This document shows, piece by piece, positions 36,457 to 44,821 of a stretch of DNA of 64,000 bases. How positions within the stretch are numbered: the stretch's first letter is position 1; each line of letters begins with the position of its first letter. The notes below the pieces were generated by a model. That model was not told the DNA's origin, made no database searches, and saw only the letters and a program-made list of their open reading frames with translations. The translations under genes and the position numbers were made by a program. Source of the DNA: Candidatus Omnitrophota bacterium. GTDB lineage: Bacteria; Omnitrophota; Gorgyraeia; Zapsychrales; JANLHA01. The stretch is taken from assembly GCA_029560465.1 (NCBI GenBank), contig JAKQKX010000092.1, positions 1,321-65,320 on the forward strand, written 5' to 3'.

Positions 36457-36951
36457 ATGGGGCGCTCAACAGGGAGGATGAATCATTTCCAAGCCATGTT
36501 TAGAAACCTGATTAAGAAGATTTTTTCTGTCGGCCGACGTGGCCAGGTAGATTATTCCAGTAAAAATGTTTTGGTGGTTGATGACGGAGAAGTGGAGAGG
36601 AAATTCGTTTCACATTCTTTGGAGCGGTTGGGCTTTAAAGTTGTGACCGTTGAAGACGGGTTTATCGCTTTGGATGTCATTAAAAAGCAGCCGGTTGACT
36701 TGGTCATCTTGGATTTCTATATGCCTAAGATGAACGGCAAGGCGATATGCAGCGCTTTAAAAGCAGATCCTCAAACCAGAAATATCCCGGTGATTTTCCT
36801 GACTGGCAGCGCCTCGCCCAAAGATATTATTGACTGTTACGAGGTGGGGGCGGAATATTTTCTGACGAAACCCATCAGTTCTAACCAACTGGTCAAGCAG
36901 GTTGAATCCATCTTTTCTGAACTGCAGGCCGATGTTGATCCTGTGTTATAA
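36457..36951 (+). CDS. Single-domain response regulator (receiver)
   Basis: NVLVVDDGEVERKF...; phospho-acceptor context LVILDFYMPKMNG; ...TKPIS. The true start may be an internal Met (MFRNL...). Confidence 0.8.
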   Translation: MGRSTGRMNHFQAMFRNLIKKIFSVGRRGQVDYSSKNVLVVDDGEVERKFVSHSLERLGFKVVTVEDGFIALDVIKKQPVDLVILDFYMPKMNGKAICSALKADPQTRNIPVIFLTGSASPKDIIDCYEVGAEYFLTKPISSNQLVKQVESIFSELQADVDPVL

Positions 36952-36966
36952 TTTTTCTGATTATTT

Positions 36967-38241
36967 ATGCTTGATATTAAATTGATTAGGGAAAAGGCGT
37001 CGTTTGCCGAGAAAGGACTGTCCGCCAAGAATGCCCGCGTGGACCTGCCGGGCCTTTTGCGTCTGGATGAACAGAGGCGTGAATTATTAACCCGCGTTGA
37101 CGGTCTGAGAGCGAAGAAGAACGAGGCGAATGATGAGATTAGCCGCTGTATTAAGGAAAAGCGGAATCCTCAGGAAAAAATCGCGGCGATGAAGGACATT
37201 GCCGTTGAGATTGACCAGTTGGAGCCGCAGGTTAAACAGCTGGAATCCGAGATTTACAATATTCTTTTGGCCATCCCCAACATCCCGCATGACAGCGTCC
37301 CTGTCGGCGGGCCGGACAAGAATGCCATCGTACGCAGTTGGGGAGAGCCGCGGAAGCTGGATTTTCCTCCGCAAGACCATATCGCGCTGGCAGAGTCGTT
37401 GGATATCATTGATTTCAAGCGCGGCTCAAAGTTGAGCGGTTCACATTTCATCCTGTATAAGAATGACGGCGCCCTGCTGGAACGGGCGTTGATCAATTTT
37501 ATGCTTGATTTGCATACCCGTGAGCATGGTTATCAGGAAATGTTCCCGCCTATCCTGGTGAACACCGCGTCCATGACCGGGACCGGGCAGCTGCCCAAGA
37601 TGAAAGAGGATATGTATTGTCTTGAACAGGATGACCTGTACCTGATCCCCACCGCCGAAGTGCCGGTCACGAATATCCTGAGGGACGAGACCCTTCCTGA
37701 AGAAAAATTGCCGGTTTATTACACGGCCTACACCCCCTGTTTTCGCAGGGAAGCCGGGTCCTATGGGAAAGACACCCGTGGGCTGGTCCGTGTGCATCAG
37801 TTTGACAAGGTGGAGATGGTTAAGTTTGTTAAGCCGGAAACCTCCTACGATGAGTTGGAAAAATTGGTGGGGAACGCTGAAACAGTCCTGCAAATGCTTG
37901 GGCTTCCGTACCGGGTGTTGATGCTGGCCAGCGGGGATTTGAGTTTTGCGGCGGCCAAATGTTATGACTTGGAAGCTTACGCCCTGGGGTTGGACAAATG
38001 GCTGGAAGTTTCGAGCTGTTCTAATTTTGAAGATTTTCAAGCCCGCCGGGCCAACATCCGCTTTAGAAGCCATGAAACCAAGAAAACCGCGTTTGTTCAC
38101 ACCTTAAACGGGTCAGGGGTTGCTTTGGCCCGCACAGTGATTGCGATCCTGGAAAATTATCAGACGGAGCAGGGGGACGTCATGATCCCTGAAGTGCTGC
38201 GCCCGTATATGCATGGCAAAGAAAGATTAACCAGGCGATAA
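36967..38241 (+). CDS. serS: Seryl-tRNA synthetase
   Basis: N-terminal coiled-coil arm (MLDIKLIRE...). Class II motifs ([43 protein letters not shown]). Length 424 aa. Confidence 0.93.
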   Translation: MLDIKLIREKASFAEKGLSAKNARVDLPGLLRLDEQRRELLTRVDGLRAKKNEANDEISRCIKEKRNPQEKIAAMKDIAVEIDQLEPQVKQLESEIYNILLAIPNIPHDSVPVGGPDKNAIVRSWGEPRKLDFPPQDHIALAESLDIIDFKRGSKLSGSHFILYKNDGALLERALINFMLDLHTREHGYQEMFPPILVNTASMTGTGQLPKMKEDMYCLEQDDLYLIPTAEVPVTNILRDETLPEEKLPVYYTAYTPCFRREAGSYGKDTRGLVRVHQFDKVEMVKFVKPETSYDELEKLVGNAETVLQMLGLPYRVLMLASGDLSFAAAKCYDLEAYALGLDKWLEVSSCSNFEDFQARRANIRFRSHETKKTAFVHTLNGSGVALARTVIAILENYQTEQGDVMIPEVLRPYMHGKERLTRR

Positions 38242-38259
38242 ATTCTAGGCCTTTGATAT

Positions 38260-38844
38260 ATGGTTGAAATCGTTAAATTTATAGTGGCTGTTTTTTTGCT
38301 GCCGGTGGTGGTTGCTGTCATGCAGGGGTTGGGGGAGGAACTTGCCGGCCATGGCGCCATGCGGGATATTTTCTTGTGGGGTGTCCTTAGCTACACATTG
38401 TGGCATCTTTTTGTGTTCAGTTTTGCCCGCCTTTTTGAATTTTTTCAGAAAATTCTCGCTGATATATTCCGTTTTTCTTTATTGGCGCAGTCGGTTATGC
38501 CGCGGGTCATCCCCTGGGGGACAACGTTTCTTTTGCTGGTTTATTTTATTGTGACCCATCTGTTCCGCCTCAAAGGGGCGGAGCCGATTGTCTATTTCCT
38601 GACGGGGTTTTCCTTGGCCTTGCATGTTATCCTGATCGCGGCTGAATTGTATCAGGAGGACCCGCTGTTTTTAAAGCCGCATTATTTTTTCTTCATCTGT
38701 TTGACCTTTATCGGCAATGTGCTGGTTGTCGCTTTGCTCCTTGATCTGAATTTTGAGAAGTTCTCTTTTTTAAGCTTCTGGAAGCACACGGCCGGATACA
38801 CGGTGAGCCTCTATAAATACTTGTTTAATAAATTTGTGTTTTAA
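38260..38844 (+). CDS. Hypothetical integral membrane protein
   Basis: 194-aa ORF with 5-6 hydrophobic helices. No catalytic motif. Confidence 0.5.
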   Translation: MVEIVKFIVAVFLLPVVVAVMQGLGEELAGHGAMRDIFLWGVLSYTLWHLFVFSFARLFEFFQKILADIFRFSLLAQSVMPRVIPWGTTFLLLVYFIVTHLFRLKGAEPIVYFLTGFSLALHVILIAAELYQEDPLFLKPHYFFFICLTFIGNVLVVALLLDLNFEKFSFLSFWKHTAGYTVSLYKYLFNKFVF

Positions 38845-38964
38845 CCCGCCAGTTGTGTCTTTTTTCTTCATTTTCTAACAGGAAAGATCCCTTTTCAACA
38901 GGCTGGTTTTTATTAAAAAGATATAATATAATTGATCCGTTGACCGCGTCGCGAGTTTAATCAT

Positions 38965-41205
38965 ATGAAAAAAAACATACTTTTGGCGGTTTTCATAATT
39001 ATCTTTTTTTGTGTGAATGGCCCTGGCCCGGTTCCTCCGGCCGCGGGGCAAGACCTTCTGGACCTCCCGTCCCCCGGGACCTTTGTCCCTGTGACTCCTG
39101 GATATATTCCGATGCTTTTAAAAGGGCTCAAACTTTATCCTGAGAACCCGTTTCAATTTGATTTTATCATGGATACCGGTCATTTTAACGCGGACGGCCT
39201 GGTTCTGAGGGATGAATCGACCGTGCTCATCAAGTATTTCCTGTCCGCCCTCACAATCCCCGAGGATGAGCTTTGGGTGAATTTATCTCCTTTTGAAAAG
39301 GAGCGCATCATCCCCGAAGTTTTCGGGGAAACGGAGATGGGACGGGATTTATTGGCCCAGGATTATCTGTTAAAACAGCTGACCGCGTCCTTGATGAGCC
39401 CGGACGAGCCGTTGGGCCGCGAATTTTGGGGCCAGGTGTATCAGAAAGCGTTTGAACTTTATGGCACCACGAGTATTCCGGTGAACACTTTTAATAAAAT
39501 ATGGATTATTCCTGATGAGGCGCTTGTGTATGCCGAGGGGGACGCGGTTTTTATTTTAAAAAGCCATTTGAAAGTCCTCCTGGAGGAGGATTACCTGGCC
39601 AACAGGGATGTCGTTGATTCGTCCTTAGGAAGAATCCTTAAAATCCAGGACACACCTGACGCCCTGACAAAAGAACTGCGGGATAATACCGCGGGCATTG
39701 TCCGCGATGTGCTGGTGCCGGCCATTGAGAAGGAGGTCAATGAGGGCAGAAATTTCGCGAAGCTGCGCCAGATTTTTCACGCGGTGATTTTGGCGAAATG
39801 GTATAAACAAAATCTGAAAGAAAGCATATTAAATAGAAAATATTCGGACCAACGTAAAATTGACGGTGTGGATGTTGAAGATAAAGAGATTAAGGAGAAA
39901 ATATATCAGCATTATCTTGCGGCATTCCGCAAGGGGGTGTATTCCCTGATCAAGGAGGACTACGACCCTCATGAACAGAAATTGATCCCCCGCAAATATT
40001 TTTTAGGCGGGTCGTCCATGAAAGTCGCGGTCACGCAGACCAACGACCGGCGGACACTGCGCGACGTCCCTGCCGCCGGCCTGATCCGGGTTTCCAGCGC
40101 CTTGGGGCTTCCGGCCCGGGCGGGAGCGGAAACGCCCCGGGGAGCCCTGTCTGTTTTTTCCCCGGTTGGGGAAGAACAGCCCTTCGCCCCCGGGTTGCCT
40201 GACGATTCCGTGGCCCCGGAGATCGCCCTGGGTGCACGTGTTTCGTCTCCTATCCCCGAGGACAGGGGCCCGGACAACGCTGCCCAGCCAGCCCCCGGGG
40301 TTGTCACCCGGGAGGGGTTCGCGACTTTGGGCGGCATCCAGTATTCTTATGCGGATATCATCCGACTCATGTCCTATGCCAGGGAGGCGTGGCAATCAGG
40401 GGATATGGAGCGTGTCCGGCTGGTAAAAAACAAGATCATCGAGGCTGTTATAAAGAGTTTCACGGAACTGACCATCACGATGGTTGATGAGGTCCTCCGT
40501 TTTACAGGGCAGGACGATGTGCCGGACAGCATCAGGGCTTCGTTGCGGGCCAGTGTCGCGACCGTTGTGGGGATGGCAACGGAAAACGCGATCGACTCAT
40601 ACTATATGCAAAAAACGCTTGAGGAAGAAAACCAACAAGATGAATTGTCTGTCATCGTGCTTATGAGGGAAGAAGAGGGGGCGCTGATTTTTCAGCTGAT
40701 GACCAACGGGTTGTCTTTGGAAGAGTTTGAATTTAGGAAATCCGGCGTAGGGAGGCCGGTCACGCGTTTGGGCGGGATGGGTCAGGGGATGGTTATCGCC
40801 GCCGGAGCCGTTTCTCACTGGAAGGCCACGGTAAATTTGTTTGACCGTAAGGAGCTTGTTGGAGACGAAGACGGTGCGGTCTTTGAACTGCGCATGCCGC
40901 GGCAGGGGTTAGAGGAAAATCTTGCCTTTTTACGTCAATTGTTTTCCAGCAGCCCGCTGGAAGCCGGCCGCCCGGCTCCTGAGGACGTCGGCGGGATCGA
41001 CTTCCACCCCGCGTATTTGAATATCCGGACGGCGGGAAAGGGCATTGATATCCCGTTCGTGCCTGACCCCGGGGTTTTGGACACGATGGACATCCCAGGC
41101 CTGACCCCGTTTATTTTTAATATCACTCCTGTTTATAATTTGCCGTATATTTTAAGCGGGCAGGAAGGCCGCCGTCAGGAATTTTTAAGCCGCCGGCAGA
41201 GATAA
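38965..41205 (+). CDS. Large secreted hypothetical protein with internal GC/Pro-rich low-complexity linker
   Basis: Signal peptide (MKKNILLAVFIIIFFCVNG). 746 aa. A Pro/Ala/Gly-rich segment around nt 40050-40330 has much higher GC than its surroundings. No recognisable catalytic motifs. Confidence 0.55.
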   Translation: MKKNILLAVFIIIFFCVNGPGPVPPAAGQDLLDLPSPGTFVPVTPGYIPMLLKGLKLYPENPFQFDFIMDTGHFNADGLVLRDESTVLIKYFLSALTIPEDELWVNLSPFEKERIIPEVFGETEMGRDLLAQDYLLKQLTASLMSPDEPLGREFWGQVYQKAFELYGTTSIPVNTFNKIWIIPDEALVYAEGDAVFILKSHLKVLLEEDYLANRDVVDSSLGRILKIQDTPDALTKELRDNTAGIVRDVLVPAIEKEVNEGRNFAKLRQIFHAVILAKWYKQNLKESILNRKYSDQRKIDGVDVEDKEIKEKIYQHYLAAFRKGVYSLIKEDYDPHEQKLIPRKYFLGGSSMKVAVTQTNDRRTLRDVPAAGLIRVSSALGLPARAGAETPRGALSVFSPVGEEQPFAPGLPDDSVAPEIALGARVSSPIPEDRGPDNAAQPAPGVVTREGFATLGGIQYSYADIIRLMSYAREAWQSGDMERVRLVKNKIIEAVIKSFTELTITMVDEVLRFTGQDDVPDSIRASLRASVATVVGMATENAIDSYYMQKTLEEENQQDELSVIVLMREEEGALIFQLMTNGLSLEEFEFRKSGVGRPVTRLGGMGQGMVIAAGAVSHWKATVNLFDRKELVGDEDGAVFELRMPRQGLEENLAFLRQLFSSSPLEAGRPAPEDVGGIDFHPAYLNIRTAGKGIDIPFVPDPGVLDTMDIPGLTPFIFNITPVYNLPYILSGQEGRRQEFLSRRQR

Positions 41206-41376
41206 AAGGACTTCCACCGGAGTGAGCACAACTTGACAGGATGTGAATTCAAAGGTATATTAGAAAATCTTTTAAGCACAGTGAATTACTTAAAATAAAG
41301 AATTTGTGGGAGCGGATATCCTGGAATACCGCTTTTTGTGCTATAGTTTTGTCGTACGGATTACTGGCCTTTATAC

Positions 41377-41465
41377 GGAGAGGTGGCAGAGCGGTTGAAT
41401 GCGGCGGTCTTGAAAACCGTTGTGGGTAACTCCCACCCAGAGTTCGAATCTCTGCCTCTCCGCCA
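41377..41465 (+). tRNA. tRNA-Ser (anticodon UGA), class II with long variable arm, CCA encoded
   Basis: GGAGAGG acceptor stem; D-arm GCAGAGCGGTTGAA; anticodon loop CTTGAAA (anticodon TGA); 15-nt variable arm; T-arm CAGAGTTCGAATCTCTG; ...CCTCTCCGCCA 3' end. Confidence 0.85.
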
Positions 41466-41577
41466 TTTGATTCTTGCCTGTTGGCAAGAGATCAGGCGCT
41501 TCCCAAGAAGATTCCCATGCCACGCGGGATGGGACATTTATACACATTTTTTGTGATCGTAAAACGATTTAACAAGA

Positions 41578-42291
41578 ATGTCGACTCAAAAGAGAGCTCT
41601 CCCTATCCTTTATGGAGCGGTTTTTCTGCTCGCCTTCTGCAGTATTGTTTATGAGCTGCTGCTTGCCCAGGCCCTCACGGCCTTTCTTGAGAACACCGTT
41701 TTAAGATACAGCATCACGATCGGATTATATATGTTTTCTCTGGGGATGGGGTCCCTGCTCGCGGAGAGGGCGCTTTCCCGGCATCCCCTCGTGACACTGT
41801 TGGGGGTGGAGACCCTGTTGACCATTTTGGGCGGATTGTCCATTGTTATTGTTTATGGTTTGTACGCGCTGAGCGCAAGCCGTTTCATTTTTAGCGGTGG
41901 TGTGCATCTGCTTATTATATCAATCGGCCTGCTTTCCGGTTTTGAGATGCCGCTGTTGATGGAGATTATACGGCAATATAAACCCGATACGGAGCATCGT
42001 ATCCTTGCGATAAATTATGCCGGGGCTTTTGTCGGCACACAAGTTTTTGCTTTTGTCTTTCTCCCTTCCGTGGGGTTGCTGGCCACATCTTTTACAGTTG
42101 GGCTTGTCAACGCCCTCATGGGGGTGCTGTTCATGGCCTGCGGCAAGATCGTGCCGGAAGAAAGCAGGCGCCGCTTTAAGGGGATGATCGGGGCCTTGGC
42201 GGTCCTTGGCATTATCATTTTTTTGTGCTTATGTTTCGCGGAGACATTGAACCAGGATTTGTCCTCACTGTACCTCAATAAAGGATGGTAG
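41578..42291 (+). CDS. Polytopic membrane protein, paralog of the N-terminal membrane domain of the downstream spermidine-synthase-like fusion protein
   Basis: IVYELLLAQALTAFLEN...GLYMFSLGMGSLLAE aligns with LIYELLLAQTVSYFLES...GLYLAALGVGALSAS of the ORF at 42295. Seven hydrophobic helices. No catalytic domain. Confidence 0.6.
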   Translation: MSTQKRALPILYGAVFLLAFCSIVYELLLAQALTAFLENTVLRYSITIGLYMFSLGMGSLLAERALSRHPLVTLLGVETLLTILGGLSIVIVYGLYALSASRFIFSGGVHLLIISIGLLSGFEMPLLMEIIRQYKPDTEHRILAINYAGAFVGTQVFAFVFLPSVGLLATSFTVGLVNALMGVLFMACGKIVPEESRRRFKGMIGALAVLGIIIFLCLCFAETLNQDLSSLYLNKGW

Positions 42292-42294
42292 GTT

Positions 42295-44133
42295 TTGGTG
42301 TCTGAGAAATCCATTTTTCGTCACAGGAACATCCTGTTTGTTTACTTCGTGACATTTATTCTGGCGGCCTGCAGTCTCATATACGAACTGCTTTTGGCCC
42401 AGACCGTGAGCTATTTTCTGGAAAGCAAGCCCGTCTCTTACAGTGTGATTTTAGGTCTATATTTGGCGGCCTTGGGGGTTGGGGCGTTGTCCGCTTCGAC
42501 CGTGGGGCGACAACAGGACCATTGGAAGCGTTTATTAAAGGTGGAACGGCGTTTAAGCTTCTGGGGGGGGATGGCCGTTGCTGTTATTTATGCCGCTCAT
42601 TTCCTCTATGCCTTGGTTTCCGTTTTTGTTGCCACGCGGTTGGGGATCGTTATATTTATCGCGGTCATCGCGGCGCTTATTATCCGTATCGGTTTCTTGT
42701 CGGGACTGGAAATCCCCCTGCTGATTAAAATCGGGGGCTTCGTGTCAGGAAACGACAAGGTCACCAACAGGGTCTTAGGCCTGGATTATTTCGGCTCTTT
42801 AGCCGGAGGGCTTGTCTTCCCTCTGGTGCTGATGTCCCATTTTGACCTTTTAGCCATCGGCTTCATGACGGCCTTGGTAAACGTGTTGATCGCCGGGATG
42901 ATCTATTGCGCCGTCTTGAGAAAAGAAGAGGGTGCCCCGGGCCGCTCTGTGATTCCTGTCGTGTTATTGGCTGCCGTTTATATTTTGGGCTTCCGTTACG
43001 AACAGGATATCCAGCAATTTTTCCTGAAGATGTATTATCATGGTTATGACATCCCGATTGCCTTAAACGCGCAGACGCCTCCCGTGGAGAGGGTGCACTC
43101 CCCTTATCAGAAGATTGATATTGTTCATTATGACCGGGAAGACCATCGTTTTGAATCGGCCTTATATCCCTTTTACAGCCGGAGGAAGAAGGCGGAGGGC
43201 TTCCCTGGCCAGTACAAGTTGTTCCTCAACTATCAAAATCAATTGAGCTCTGATTTTGAAGACGCGTATCACGAGTATTTCGCGCATATCCCGGTCATCC
43301 TTAACGGACGGGTCCCGGAAGAAGTTTTAGTGCTGGGGGCGGGGGACGGTTTGCTTGTGAGAGAGCTCAAGAAATATCCGCAGGTGAAGAAGATCACGCT
43401 GGTGGAACTCGACGAGAAAATGATCGAGCTGGCAAACGGACATCCCGTGTTTCAAGGGCTCAACGAAGGGGCCCTGCGGGACCCGCGCGTTGAGGTTGTC
43501 ATTGCCGACGCCTTTTCCTATGTCAGGGATTCAAGGGAGACGTATGACGCGGTTTATATTGATTTCCCCTACCACAACAATTATGACCTTTCGAAGTTAT
43601 ACAGCGTCGAGTTTTATGCCTTTGTCCATAAAAGGATGAGAAAAGGCGCTTACGCGGTCTTTGACGCGCCGGGAATGTTTTTCGCTTTGGAGGAAAGGAA
43701 CCCAGAGGTCTGGGTCGATTCCCAGGGCGACTGGCCCGTTTATTGTAATACCTTATTGGCCGCCGGTTTTGAGAACATTGTCCCATATGTCATTAAGCTC
43801 GAAGAACTCGACAGTCAACAAAGGAGCATGTTGTTTGACCGCTTGACAAATGGCGCGGACACCAGGTACAGCCGTGAAGAAAAAGATAGAGTCGCCCAAG
43901 ACCTGCCGTATCTTATTTCTTCTTTTGTCCGGGCCAGGATGATCGGGTTTATTATGATGACAAAGGAGGGGGCGCCGCCCCGGGCGTCGGCTTTCCCGGA
44001 TATCGATTTCAATGTCCTGAATCCGGAGAGGTTCAATGGGGCCTTTCCGAAATATAATGTCATCAAAAACATCTCCAAAATCAATTCTATCATGAGGCCG
44101 ACACTGCCGAGGACAAATGCGTTAATTTGGTGA
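42295..44133 (+). CDS. Fused membrane-domain / spermidine-synthase-like (aminopropyltransferase/SAM-MTase fold) protein
   Basis: N-terminal 7-TM region. C-terminal PABS-like Rossmann block (VLVLGAGDGLLVRELKKYPQVKKITLVELDEKMIEL...DPRVEVVIADAFSYV...YDAVYIDFP). Confidence 0.75.
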   Translation: MVSEKSIFRHRNILFVYFVTFILAACSLIYELLLAQTVSYFLESKPVSYSVILGLYLAALGVGALSASTVGRQQDHWKRLLKVERRLSFWGGMAVAVIYAAHFLYALVSVFVATRLGIVIFIAVIAALIIRIGFLSGLEIPLLIKIGGFVSGNDKVTNRVLGLDYFGSLAGGLVFPLVLMSHFDLLAIGFMTALVNVLIAGMIYCAVLRKEEGAPGRSVIPVVLLAAVYILGFRYEQDIQQFFLKMYYHGYDIPIALNAQTPPVERVHSPYQKIDIVHYDREDHRFESALYPFYSRRKKAEGFPGQYKLFLNYQNQLSSDFEDAYHEYFAHIPVILNGRVPEEVLVLGAGDGLLVRELKKYPQVKKITLVELDEKMIELANGHPVFQGLNEGALRDPRVEVVIADAFSYVRDSRETYDAVYIDFPYHNNYDLSKLYSVEFYAFVHKRMRKGAYAVFDAPGMFFALEERNPEVWVDSQGDWPVYCNTLLAAGFENIVPYVIKLEELDSQQRSMLFDRLTNGADTRYSREEKDRVAQDLPYLISSFVRARMIGFIMMTKEGAPPRASAFPDIDFNVLNPERFNGAFPKYNVIKNISKINSIMRPTLPRTNALIW

Positions 44134-44388
44134 GCCGGCGCGGGAAGGGATTTACGCCCTCGCCGGGACACATCCGGGATTTTGGGTGAAACGGGCCATT
44201 TTTGACGCGTTATAATAATTAAAAGTGCTGGCGGAACGCTGGCGATGGGAATATAATGCCATTCATCCACATGGTTTATGAAGGCGCAGTCTTCCGGAAC
44301 CGGAAACCCTTAAGCCACGATGGATTATTATCCCTTGTCATAACTTCTGGTCCGGGGTTCGGGCCGGCTCAATAAAAAGGAGAGGATC

Positions 44389-44472
44389 ATGGGAGACAAA
44401 GGTAAAAAGGATAAGGACAAGGGGAATAAACAGAAGCAGGCTAAACAGGACAAGAAGTCAAAAGGGAAATAG
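44389..44472 (+). CDS. Putative 28-aa lysine/aspartate-rich peptide (MGDKGKKDKDKGNKQKQAKQDKKSKGK)
   Basis: Strong RBS AAAGGAGAGG 6 nt upstream of the ATG. Not in the ORF track (below 60 aa). Lies between the two spermidine-synthase-like fusion genes. Confidence 0.3.
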   Translation: MGDKGKKDKDKGNKQKQAKQDKKSKGK

Positions 44473-44821
44473 TCTGAGATCAGGGTGTCAGAGAATTGTT
44501 GTGGGCGTGCCTCCGTATTCTTTATGCGTTGCCGCGCCGCTCCATAAAGATATTGCAACCAGAACAGCCAAGGGAAACCTTGGCTGTTCTTTTATTAACG
44601 ATTTTCCGCGTCTTAATCCAACCCCATTGGCGAAAGGAATCCGATATGCAGGTGCCCAACAACCAAATACCCGGCCAGGTTTACGAAAACTTTATTAACA
44701 ATGAGTGTTTACTACCTTTAAAATTTTTTGCTGAATGCGGCACAGGACACGTATCAATAAGCGGCAAAATTTTTTGATCTCGTCAGGGGGCTCTTCCCCA
44801 GAGCCGTTTTCTACAGCTCTA

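Noticed and set aside
37441-38100. 219-aa minus-strand ORF inside serS
   Set aside because: Antisense to seryl-tRNA synthetase, which has class II motifs.
39969-40426. Multiple 60-130-aa ORFs on both strands in the GC-rich segment of the 38965 gene
   Set aside because: They are artefacts of the locally high GC, which makes stop codons rare. All lie within the continuous 746-aa reading frame.
41466-41520. Hairpin TCTTGCC-TGT-TGGCAAGA just after the tRNA as a possible terminator
   Set aside because: No U-tract follows the stem, so it is not a convincing intrinsic terminator. It may be part of tRNA 3' processing context.
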